Positions 9,981 to 19,013 of a stretch of 64,000 nucleotides of DNA are shown piece after piece (position 1 is the first letter of the stretch; every line of letters begins with the position of its first letter). The stretch is from Gammaproteobacteria bacterium (GTDB lineage: Bacteria; Pseudomonadota; Gammaproteobacteria; Eutrophobiales; Eutrophobiaceae): assembly GCA_965221695.1 (NCBI GenBank), contig OZ244905.1:1472001-1536000 (forward strand). Reading direction: 5' to 3'. The notes beneath the pieces were generated by a model that was not told where the DNA came from, made no database searches, and was given only the letters and a program-made list of their open reading frames with translations. A program made the translations under genes and the position numbers.

Positions 9981-10732
9981 ACAACTCCGCCTCCCACATT
10001 GAGCGCTGCGCCCGTAATATAGGCGGAATCATCTGAGCACAGGAATACTGCCGCGCTGGCCACATCATCCGGCGTTCCGAACCGCCGCAATGGAATTTCA
10101 GCAAGACGCTCCGTATAGTAGTCCTGATCCATGACATCTGTGGCAAACGCAGTAGAGATCCAGCCGGGCGCAAGCACGTTAACCCTGACCGTTGGGGCGA
10201 TGGTTTTCGCCAATGATTTGCTGAAAGCCTGTATGCCGGCTTTCACTGCGGAAAACATCTGTGGATTGACCCCGGGGTAACCATGAACGGCCTGGTCCCA
10301 GGACATGTTGATTATCACACCGCCTCCCTGGCGTTGCATGACTTCGGCCACTGCCCAGCAACACTGGATAGTCCCTTTCAGGTCGACATCTACCAGCATG
10401 GAGAGCTTTTTCCGGTCGTCAAGCCGGGCGCCGTCACCCGTCAGGATGTCCGCGCCGGCATTATTCACCCATACATCGATGCGGCCAAATCGCTCGCTGA
10501 CCATTTCAATCAGGCCTGCAACCGCTTCCGGATCGGCTATATCCGCTTGCGCCGCAAACGCCTGTCCGGACATGCCCTGTATTTCTCTGACTACCTGTTC
10601 TGCCTGTTCTCCGGACCTGTTGTAATTGACGGCCACGTAAGCGCCCTCTCCGGCAAAGGCCAGCGCCAGCGCGCGCCCGATCCCGGAACTCGCCCCCGTG
10701 ATCACTGCCACCTTATCATGAAGTCGCGCCAT
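9977..10732 (-). CDS. SDR family oxidoreductase
   Basis: TGASSGIG, VNNAG, APGWIST; the YxxxK position reads FSAVK; start at 10732 or 10738. Confidence 0.9.
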   Translation of the reverse strand: MARLHDKVAVITGASSGIGRALALAFAGEGAYVAVNYNRSGEQAEQVVREIQGMSGQAFAAQADIADPEAVAGLIEMVSERFGRIDVWVNNAGADILTGDGARLDDRKKLSMLVDVDLKGTIQCCWAVAEVMQRQGGGVIINMSWDQAVHGYPGVNPQMFSAVKAGIQAFSKSLAKTIAPTVRVNVLAPGWISTAFATDVMDQDYYTERLAEIPLRRFGTPDDVASAAVFLCSDDSAYITGAALNVGGGVV

Positions 10733-10742
10733 GGACATAGTA

Positions 10743-10776
10743 TAATGGAAACTCTGATTAAGTCAGAGGTTCCTAA
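10743..10776. repeat. Short palindromic repeat in divergent promoter region
   Basis: ggaaactctga-ttaag-tcagaggttcc. Confidence 0.88.
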
Positions 10777-10826
10777 AGCAAATCTGGTGGTTCACATATC
10801 TTCCGCAGCTTAAATGTGCCAGACTT

Positions 10827-11651
10827 ATGGTGTCAATCAGCGTCATCATTCCTACTTATAACCGCGCGCGCCTGTTGCCGAGGTGTCTGGATTCGACGAT
10901 CTCACAGACGCTGAAACCGCTCGAGATCATCGTCGTGGATGACGGTTCCACCGACTCGACCCGTGCCCAGGCACAGCGTGACTATCCCGGCATCACACTG
11001 ATCTCGCAAGCTAACAGCGGCGTGAGCTCCGCCAGAAACGCCGGCATACGCGCGGCTCGGGGTGATTGGCTGGCTTTCCTCGATTCGGATGATTCCTGGA
11101 TCCCCGACAAGCTGGAGCGGCAGGCTCAGGTTATCCTGAAATCCCCTGATATCAGTATCGTCCACACAGACGAAATATGGATCCGCAACGGCAAACGGGT
11201 CAACCCGCGGCATAAACACAGGAAATATGGCGGTTTAATCTTCAAACGCTGCTTGCCCCTGTGCGCAATCTCCCCTTCCTCCGTCATGATCCATCGACGC
11301 GTATTCGAGCAGGTGGGCTTATTTGATGAAACACTGCCGGTATGCGAGGATTATGATTTGTGGCTGCGCATCTGCGCGCGCATGCCGGTCGCATTAGTTC
11401 CGGAGCGCCTGATCACCAAGTATGGCGGACATTCCGATCAGCTCTCAACCCGCTACTGGGGCATGGATCGCTTTCGCATCAGGTCGCTTGACAGGATTCT
11501 CACTGAAGCGGCGCTCAAGCCCTCTGATCGGAATGCCGCAATTGAGACCCTGCTCAGCAAAATCAGAATTTATCTTGACGGCGCCGCAAAACACAACAAC
11601 CGGATATTCGTTCCGGAGTGTGAAAGATTGCTGACGCGCTACGCTCATTGA
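10827..11651 (+). CDS. Glycosyltransferase family 2
   Basis: SVIIPTYNR, VDDGSTD, FLDSDD, CEDYDLWLR. Confidence 0.92.
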   Translation: MVSISVIIPTYNRARLLPRCLDSTISQTLKPLEIIVVDDGSTDSTRAQAQRDYPGITLISQANSGVSSARNAGIRAARGDWLAFLDSDDSWIPDKLERQAQVILKSPDISIVHTDEIWIRNGKRVNPRHKHRKYGGLIFKRCLPLCAISPSSVMIHRRVFEQVGLFDETLPVCEDYDLWLRICARMPVALVPERLITKYGGHSDQLSTRYWGMDRFRIRSLDRILTEAALKPSDRNAAIETLLSKIRIYLDGAAKHNNRIFVPECERLLTRYAH

Positions 11652-12463
11652 TGTTGCATATTATCTGCGCGCTGAAACCTGAGGCCCGGCCTTTGCTGGA
11701 TCATTTCGGCTTGCGCCCCCGGTCCGACGCGCCACAGGTGTATCATAACCCCGATACCCGTATCTCTCTCACATTGTCCGGTATCGGCAAATCTGCCGCG
11801 GCCGCAGCAGTCGAGCAGACTCACGCGCTGTTCAACGCCGATAAATCCCACGCCTGGCTCAACCTGGGCATTGCGGGACACGCCAAACTGCCGCTTGGCC
11901 AGGCGGTTATCATAAAAAAGATAACTGACGCGGCCACTGGGCAAACCTGGTTCCCCTCCCTGGTCTTTGCCGTAACCATTCCTTCACGAGACCTGCTCAC
12001 CCTGGACGAACCTGAAAGCAACTACCGGAACGAACTGTTCGATATGGAATGCGCCGGTTTTTATCGCGCCGCGAGCGGTATCGCGACGCTGGAATTAGCG
12101 CAGGCAGTGAAGATTGTCTCGGATAATGCCGAGCAACCGATGGACAGAGTCGACCCGACCCTGATCAGCCGGTTGACGCAGCAAAACCTGCCTGTAATCG
12201 AGGAGATTATGCGGCAAATGCAGGCGCTATCAGCGCTGCAACTGCGTCTTAACGACACAGGCCCGGATTACCATGCAATCACAAAGCGCCGGCATTTCAG
12301 CGTGAGCCAGCAACGCCAGTTGCAGGTTTGTCTCAGAAAATGGCGGGCGTTGCATCCTGGAGATGGCGGCCTGGTCCAGCGCGTGGCTGGAAAAAAGACC
12401 GCCGCTGAGATACTCCGGTTCCTGCAAGGGGAACTGGATCGCGCTCCGATCAGACTCCATTGA
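11648..12463 (+). CDS. Nucleoside phosphorylase/nucleosidase-like protein (PNP_UDP_1 fold) with C-terminal extension
   Basis: ALKPEA, SGIGK, NLGIAG, DMECAG, KIVSDN. Confidence 0.75.
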   Translation: MMLHIICALKPEARPLLDHFGLRPRSDAPQVYHNPDTRISLTLSGIGKSAAAAAVEQTHALFNADKSHAWLNLGIAGHAKLPLGQAVIIKKITDAATGQTWFPSLVFAVTIPSRDLLTLDEPESNYRNELFDMECAGFYRAASGIATLELAQAVKIVSDNAEQPMDRVDPTLISRLTQQNLPVIEEIMRQMQALSALQLRLNDTGPDYHAITKRRHFSVSQQRQLQVCLRKWRALHPGDGGLVQRVAGKKTAAEILRFLQGELDRAPIRLH

Positions 12464-12469
12464 ACAGAG

Positions 12470-13504
12470 ATGATCGACCAGATCTATATCGAGGAAACCC
12501 TGCTTGAACATCCCCGGGCGCGCGCCATCTTGCGGCGTTTCCCGGATGCGGCGGTGACCACCTGCGACCGCTACGGCGAAATATTCAACCGCAGAGCGCA
12601 GAACTTCCGCTTGCAGAAGATGAATCCGGCTTTGATCCTGGCTGAGAAGTTTTCCAATCATGTGTTGCCTTCTCCGCCGGAATACGCCATCGGCGGCGAT
12701 TTCAATTATTACTTCTCGCACATGTTAAATTGCGTCTACGACTGCCGCTACTGTTTTCTGCAAGGCATGTACCAGTCTGCGCACTATGTGGTTTTTGTCA
12801 ACTACGAAGACTTTTTCGAGGCCATTGTTGGCAAGATCATGGCAGCGGGGGATGCCTCGGCGCATTTCTTTTCAGGTTATGATTGCGACAGCCTGGCGCT
12901 GGAACCGGTAACGGATTTCGTGAAGGAATTCCTGCCCTTGTTCAGGAAGCATCCCCAGGCTCTGTTGGAATTGCGCACCAAAAGCACACAAATCCGGTCA
13001 TTGCTGAACCGTGAACCCATCCCCAACTGTATTGTCGCCTACAGTTTCACACCGTCTGAAATCGCTGCAGCCATCGAACACAAAACGCCTCCGGTGAGCA
13101 AGCGATTGCAGGCGTTACAACGCCTACAGGCGCGCGGCTGGCGAGTCGGGTTGCGTTTTGACCCGTTGATTTACCAGGACGGCGTGAAGCAGCAATATGA
13201 GCGGCTGTTCTCCCAAGTCTTTGCTGTTATCGATATGGCGCTACTGCATTCGGTCAGCCTGGGGAGTTTCCGTCTGCCCAAATCGTTCTACCAGTCTTTG
13301 GCGCGGCTTTATCCGGATGAAGTCCTGTTCGCTTCACCGCTGGAAGAGTCTGCGGATGGGATGATCACATACCGGGAACAAATTCGCGCGGAGTTGGTGT
13401 CGTTTTGCAGGAAAGCCTTGCTGAAACATGTCCCGGCGGATAAACTTTTTCTCTGCGAACCTGTTTATCAGGCAAATATTGCAGCCAACTATCCAACCTC
13501 TTGA
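12470..13504 (+). CDS. Spore photoproduct lyase-like radical SAM enzyme
   Basis: CVYDCRYC triad, DSLALEP, LRTKS, GLRFDP. Confidence 0.85.
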   Translation: MIDQIYIEETLLEHPRARAILRRFPDAAVTTCDRYGEIFNRRAQNFRLQKMNPALILAEKFSNHVLPSPPEYAIGGDFNYYFSHMLNCVYDCRYCFLQGMYQSAHYVVFVNYEDFFEAIVGKIMAAGDASAHFFSGYDCDSLALEPVTDFVKEFLPLFRKHPQALLELRTKSTQIRSLLNREPIPNCIVAYSFTPSEIAAAIEHKTPPVSKRLQALQRLQARGWRVGLRFDPLIYQDGVKQQYERLFSQVFAVIDMALLHSVSLGSFRLPKSFYQSLARLYPDEVLFASPLEESADGMITYREQIRAELVSFCRKALLKHVPADKLFLCEPVYQANIAANYPTS

Positions 13505-13612
13505 TAGCAGGATAGTATCCCTGCGGGCCTCGACTGACTAACGACTGGTGAAATACGGGCTTGGCAGTCATAATTGACGAATTGGGAAGCATCGCTTTCT
13601 TTAACAAATACA

Positions 13613-13640
13613 TAAGGAACCTCTGATTAAGTCAGAGGTT
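13613..13640. repeat. Short palindromic repeat
   Basis: taaggaacctctga-ttaag-tcagaggtt, upstream of the TonB receptor start. Confidence 0.85.
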
Positions 13641-13659
13641 AGTCATAGGGGTTTGGATA

Positions 13660-15957
13660 ATGATCCGATTCTGTAAAGACCTATATCGGTGGACAAACGT
13701 TTGCATGGCGGGCGTGGCCGCGATGGCGCTGCCGCCTGCCCTGGCACAGTCAGTTCTTGAGGAGGTCGTGGTGACGGCGCGCAAACGCGAAGTGTCTCTT
13801 CAGGATGCGGCTATTGCGGTATCCGTACTGTCCGGTGAGGACTTCGACAAATCCAACGTGGTAAGACTGGACAACTTCAATGGATATGTCCCGGGACTGG
13901 TTGTTGCGAAAAACGACGGCGCCGGCCGCGTCGTGACCATTCGCGGCATCGGCTGGGAAACCGCCCAGAACCTGACCACGCAACCCAGTGTGCTGAGCTA
14001 CATCGACGGCATCTATCTTGCCAACCCGCTGGCAATGGGCATGGATCTTGGCGACCTGGAGCGAATCGAGGTCTTGCGCGGCCCGCAGGGCACCGAGTTC
14101 GGCCAAGGCGCCACCGGCGGCTCCATTAACCTCGTCACGAAAAGACCGCATTTCGACCAGATGGAAGGCTCCGCCGAACTGAGCTATGGAACTTATAACA
14201 ATCTGCGCGGACGCGTCTCGATAAACGCGCCGCTTTCCGACACCTGGGCAATCCGAGCATCGGCGCAGAAATACAGGCGAGATGGTTTCGCGGAGATTGA
14301 GGGCGGTGAACTGGATGGATACGACTTGGATGATGCCGATTCGTTCACCGCCAAATTGGCGGCGCTGTGGCAGCCGTCAGAAGACTTCAGCGCGCGCGCG
14401 CAGGTATTCATACATGACTCCGACCATGGCGCCGCAGCGCAGAAGAACGAGTATGATCCCAACCCCGACACGCGCGAACTGTCCCAGGATTATGCCGGTA
14501 TCTTCGCGCTGGAAAACTACAACGCATCGCTGATCATTGAATGGGCAAGCCCCTGGGGCATGACACTCAAATCACTGACTGGCTGGCAGGCGCTGAAGAA
14601 GGAACAGTCGGTAGATGGCGACCGCCTGAATGAAAACCTCACTTATATCAACAGTACCGGGTATGCCTTCAACAACTGGGACGTATTGCCTTATTGGGAT
14701 AACGATTCCGATGCCGTCAGCCAGGAAATCAACATTAGCTACCTCGGCGAGCGCCTCGAATGGACGCTCGGCGGTTATTACCTGCATCACGAGAACTTCA
14801 ATGACTTCCTGGAAGCCACAGGACCGGGGCCGTTCACGGAATCGCCAGCGTCCCTGCCCCGTTCCCAACTGAACGCGCAAACCTTGCCGCCGTTCCAGTC
14901 GCATTTGAATTTCACGGAAGTCCGCACCGTCACCCGCGAGGACTACGCATTCTACGGGCAAGCCACCTACCGGCTGAACGATAAGTTCGCCGTCACCGCG
15001 GGCCTGCGTTACCAAGATGAGGACCAGCTAGATGAAACATCCCAGTTCTTTGGTATTTTCGGGGATGGCCGCCGGGAAACGAACGACTCGAAAGTGACCT
15101 GGAAGGCAGGAGTGGATGCGCATCTTACTGAAGACAACCTGGTCTATGGACTGGTCTCCACCGGCTGGAAAAACGGTGGTTCAGGCAGCCCCGGGATATT
15201 CAAACCGGATCAATTTGAACCCGAGGAGGTGACAGCCTACGAACTGGGGACCCGCAACAATTTCCTTGACGGACGCCTGCGTCTGAATATTACGGCATTT
15301 TATTACGACCATGAACACATGCAGTTCACCTATGAGGACCCTGCGCCATTTGCCGGCGGCACATGGACCATTCCCCAATCGGAGCAGTACGGCATCGAGT
15401 CTGAGCTAAGCTGGCTGTTGGCGGATAACTGGCAGCTCGATGGCATGCTGGCGTGGCAGGACGGCAAGGTGAAATCAGATGTGTTCGCGCTCGACGTTGA
15501 AGATTTCCGCGCTGCGTTGATACCATTCCAACTGGGCCTGTTTACCCCGAACGCGGTTGAGGAACGCATCAGGATGAACAACGCCAATAACCTCAAAGGC
15601 AATGAACCGCCGAAACTGGCGGATATCATGGCGCGTGTCGCCTTGACCAATACCCATGTCTTCGCTGACGGTTCCATACTGAATTCACGAGTGGAATATG
15701 TCCACCGCGGCAAGTTCCAGGCCCGCATATTTAATCACCCCAGGGTCGACAGCGTGCCCAATTATGATATTTTCAACCTGTATTTTGACTACGACGTGGG
15801 CAATATGCCCCTCAGTTTGAGCCTCAGTGTCACCAATGTTTTCGACAAAAACGGCATCAATAACATCTTCACCAATCCATACGGATTGTGGACCACGAGC
15901 TACGAGTATATCCCGCCGCGAGAGGCCATCGGCTCGATCAAATACAGTTGGAAATAG
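13660..15957 (+). CDS. TonB-dependent receptor
   Basis: Signal peptide, LEEVVVTARKRE TonB box, IEVLRGPQGT plug motif, aromatic C-terminus. Confidence 0.95.
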   Translation: MIRFCKDLYRWTNVCMAGVAAMALPPALAQSVLEEVVVTARKREVSLQDAAIAVSVLSGEDFDKSNVVRLDNFNGYVPGLVVAKNDGAGRVVTIRGIGWETAQNLTTQPSVLSYIDGIYLANPLAMGMDLGDLERIEVLRGPQGTEFGQGATGGSINLVTKRPHFDQMEGSAELSYGTYNNLRGRVSINAPLSDTWAIRASAQKYRRDGFAEIEGGELDGYDLDDADSFTAKLAALWQPSEDFSARAQVFIHDSDHGAAAQKNEYDPNPDTRELSQDYAGIFALENYNASLIIEWASPWGMTLKSLTGWQALKKEQSVDGDRLNENLTYINSTGYAFNNWDVLPYWDNDSDAVSQEINISYLGERLEWTLGGYYLHHENFNDFLEATGPGPFTESPASLPRSQLNAQTLPPFQSHLNFTEVRTVTREDYAFYGQATYRLNDKFAVTAGLRYQDEDQLDETSQFFGIFGDGRRETNDSKVTWKAGVDAHLTEDNLVYGLVSTGWKNGGSGSPGIFKPDQFEPEEVTAYELGTRNNFLDGRLRLNITAFYYDHEHMQFTYEDPAPFAGGTWTIPQSEQYGIESELSWLLADNWQLDGMLAWQDGKVKSDVFALDVEDFRAALIPFQLGLFTPNAVEERIRMNNANNLKGNEPPKLADIMARVALTNTHVFADGSILNSRVEYVHRGKFQARIFNHPRVDSVPNYDIFNLYFDYDVGNMPLSLSLSVTNVFDKNGINNIFTNPYGLWTTSYEYIPPREAIGSIKYSWK

Positions 15958-15960
15958 CCC

Positions 15961-16995
15961 TTAAGGCTTGAGCAGAATCTTGCCGATGCAATTTCCGCTG
16001 AGTAGCTTCTCCTGCGCCCTACCGCCTTCGGCCAGGGGAAATTCGCTGTCCACGACCGCCCGATAATCGCCCGCGCAATACTGCTCCCAGGCCGGCCCGA
16101 ATTCGTCATAACGAAACGCGTCTGAACCGAGGATTTTCAGGCCGATGCTGTACAAGTAGCCCAGGCTGGGGATGCGCGCGCTATCACCGGAGGTGGCGCC
16201 ACAAGTCACCAGGCGTCCACGCGGCCGCAGCGCTAGCAGCGAGGCTTCCCACAATGATGCGCCAACGTGATCCAATACCAGGTCAACGCCGGTTCCGCCG
16301 GTCATGTCCCGGGCCCAGGTCGCCACATCATCTTTGCGGCTATTGCAAACATGGTCAGCGCCGATTTCCAGAGCTGCCTCGCATTTTTCCCGACTACCGG
16401 CGCTGGCCAGAACAGTCGCTCCAGCCTGCTTCGCCCACTGGATGGCAGCGGTAGATACCCCACTGCCGGCGGCAAGCGCCAACACCGTCTCGCCGGCTTT
16501 GAGTTGGCCTACCTCGAACAGGGCGTGGTGCGCAGTCATCCAGCAGGTGGGAAACACCACGGCGGACTGCCACGACTTATCGTCCGGGATCGGATACAGG
16601 TGAGTCTCCGGCGCCAGGCACTTCTCTGCATAGCCGCCGGGAAAGACGCTGCCTATGACACCCAATTCACCGTATACATCATCCATACCGGCAAGCTTTG
16701 ACCCTGCCGGCGCTTCGACCATGGATGGGTTTACCAGCGCTCGGTCACCGGGTTTAAACTTGGTGACCTGCTCACCGATTTCCAATACTGTTCCGGCAAC
16801 ATCCATCCCGGAGATGTGCGGCAGGGTGAAACCCGGTACGGTGAACCAACCATTGCGCTGTATTACATCCAATCGGTTCACGGTCGTCATTGCAACCTCG
16901 ATCACCACATCCCGGAGTCCAGGCTCAGGATCCGGCACATCACGGTACTGCAACACATCAGGCCCTCCGTGTTGTTTATAGATCAGCGCTTTCAT
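15961..16995 (-). CDS. MDR family (quinone oxidoreductase/alcohol dehydrogenase-like) oxidoreductase
   Basis: MKALIY..HGGPDVL, PHISGMDVAG, AAGSGVS, GKILL; lacks structural Zn cysteines. Confidence 0.9.
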   Translation of the reverse strand: MKALIYKQHGGPDVLQYRDVPDPEPGLRDVVIEVAMTTVNRLDVIQRNGWFTVPGFTLPHISGMDVAGTVLEIGEQVTKFKPGDRALVNPSMVEAPAGSKLAGMDDVYGELGVIGSVFPGGYAEKCLAPETHLYPIPDDKSWQSAVVFPTCWMTAHHALFEVGQLKAGETVLALAAGSGVSTAAIQWAKQAGATVLASAGSREKCEAALEIGADHVCNSRKDDVATWARDMTGGTGVDLVLDHVGASLWEASLLALRPRGRLVTCGATSGDSARIPSLGYLYSIGLKILGSDAFRYDEFGPAWEQYCAGDYRAVVDSEFPLAEGGRAQEKLLSGNCIGKILLKP

Positions 16996-17176
16996 GCAGC
17001 ATCCCCCCATCACGTAACAAATGATTCGGCATACTGGTATCATACACAAGTCAAATCAATGGAAAAGAGGACTTTAGTTGTTCCAGCGCCGCTTATGCCC
17101 AAATGCCAGACACAATTAACGGAGCGGCGGCCGGATAAAATCTTTTCCCAAGTATCCATACACTCGGAGAAATACC

Positions 17177-18799
17177 ATGTCAGCACAACACGCTGTTACG
17201 ACAATGGATTCGGACGATCTCGATGCCATTCTGGGAGTAGTAGCGGAAGGAGAGGTAAGTCTTCGCTCCTGGCTTCGGCAGTTGCGCGAAGCAGACCAAG
17301 TCAGACAGGTTCGATGCGAGGTGGATTCCAACCTGGAGTTGGGCGCAATCACCCGCGTCAACCTGGGACTGGCAGGCCCCGCGCTGCTGTTCGAGAACAT
17401 CAAGGGTTACCAGGATACCCGCTCGACCCGTTTCGTCACCTGCGGAATGGGCAACAAACGGCAATTATGCGCGTTGCTGGATCTGCCCGGGGACACTGCG
17501 GACAAGGCAATCGTGCGCCACCTCAAGGAGACCTATAACAACCCCGTGGGGCCGGTAATCGTGCCCCACTCACCGGTGAAGCAAAACGTCCTGAAAGGCC
17601 CCTCTATTGACCTGAAACAATTCCCGGCGCCGATCTGGCAAGAAATGGACGGGGGACGTTATCTGAACACGTTCTGCGGTGTCATAACCAAAGACCGTCA
17701 CACCGGACGGGAGAATATCGGCCTATACCGCGGGCAGGTCGTTGACAGGAACCATATTGCCATGGTCATGCTGCCAACCCAAGGCGGCGGCGGACACCTC
17801 ACAGGTTACCGGCAAAACCGGGAGAAAATGCCAGTCGCCATCGCCTACGGCGCCCACGACGTGACGCCGTTCTGCGCCGGCAGTCCATTTCCGCGCCATG
17901 TGTGTGAATGGGACATGATGGGAGCCATCCTGGGCAAGCCCATCGAACTGGTCAAGTGTGAAACTGTGGACCTGGTGGCGCCCGCAGGCACTGAGGTCAT
18001 CATCGAAGGTTATCTGGACCCGAATCCTGAAAGCTACCGCATGGAAGGTCCGTTCGGCGAGTACCCCGGCTATGCCGGCGGCACGCCGTCACCCAAGCCG
18101 ACCCTGGAAGTAACCTGCATCACCCATCGGGACAACCCCATCATGCGCGGCACCTTGGAGGGCTGCCGTCCCGGTTTTCCATCTGAGGATTCAATACTAT
18201 GTTCCTATAGCTGGTCGGCCATCTTCTGGAACATGCTGGAAACCGCCGGAGTGGTGGGCGTCACCGATGTCTGGTGCCCTCATGTCTCCACCGGCACACA
18301 TATCGTGGTGCAGATACGCAAACAGTACCGCGGCCATGCTCAGCAGGTGGCTATGGCTCTGTGGGGAACCAGCGCGGCCCAGTGGTTTTTCAAGCACGTG
18401 CTGGTGGTGGAGGAAGATATCGATATCCGCGATCCTCTTGCGCTGGAATGGGCGATCGCGTTCCGGGTCAACGCCGGTATGGATCAGGTCATGCTGGTCG
18501 GCCCGACATTTGGTTCGCCGCTGGACCCTTCCGTTTCCCATGACGCGCTGGACATGCCGCGCTTTCGCACCGGCAAGTGGACCCGGGTCCTGGTCGATGC
18601 CACCCGTAATTGGGAACTGGCTGAAAACGATGATTGGAACGGTCAGAGTTTCCCGCCTGTTGGCAAACTCGAACCGGAACTGGAGGAGAAAATCCGGGCG
18701 CGCTGGGCAGAATACGGTATCGGCATCCCCTACCTGGATGAGAACCAGCGGCAACAGCTAACTCTGGCCAATCTCAGGGATGTGCTGCCGTTTGTCTGA
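17177..18799 (+). CDS. UbiD-family (prFMN-dependent) decarboxylase
   Basis: PALLFENIKGY, DGGRY, NIGLYR, EGPFGEYPGY, VVEEDIDI. Confidence 0.93.
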   Translation: MSAQHAVTTMDSDDLDAILGVVAEGEVSLRSWLRQLREADQVRQVRCEVDSNLELGAITRVNLGLAGPALLFENIKGYQDTRSTRFVTCGMGNKRQLCALLDLPGDTADKAIVRHLKETYNNPVGPVIVPHSPVKQNVLKGPSIDLKQFPAPIWQEMDGGRYLNTFCGVITKDRHTGRENIGLYRGQVVDRNHIAMVMLPTQGGGGHLTGYRQNREKMPVAIAYGAHDVTPFCAGSPFPRHVCEWDMMGAILGKPIELVKCETVDLVAPAGTEVIIEGYLDPNPESYRMEGPFGEYPGYAGGTPSPKPTLEVTCITHRDNPIMRGTLEGCRPGFPSEDSILCSYSWSAIFWNMLETAGVVGVTDVWCPHVSTGTHIVVQIRKQYRGHAQQVAMALWGTSAAQWFFKHVLVVEEDIDIRDPLALEWAIAFRVNAGMDQVMLVGPTFGSPLDPSVSHDALDMPRFRTGKWTRVLVDATRNWELAENDDWNGQSFPPVGKLEPELEEKIRARWAEYGIGIPYLDENQRQQLTLANLRDVLPFV

Positions 18800-18838
18800 C
18801 TGGTGTTTTGCTACATGGCCTATAGAGCCACCCTGAAG

Positions 18839-18999
18839 TTAAGGAAACTCTGAACAAGTCCATCCTGGACTTGTCAGAGTACGGAAAACAAAAATGCGAT
18901 TTTTGTTTTCCTCACAATATCAATGCCTTACAGTCATTGATATTGACGATACATCCTTGTATCGTAGGAACCTCTGAGACTTAATCAGAGGTTCCTTAA
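18839..18999. mobile_element. ~160-bp five-hairpin MITE-like element, copy 1
   Basis: Ends ttaaggaaactctga / tcagaggttccttaa form TIRs; five tandem hairpins; similar copy at 22948. Confidence 0.85.
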
Positions 19000-19013
19000 A
19001 ATAACTTCCGGCT

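Noticed and set aside
13505-13612. Possible riboswitch before the TonB receptor
   Set aside because: Small hairpin and GGGAA present, but cobalamin/TPP consensus elements are not in the right order.
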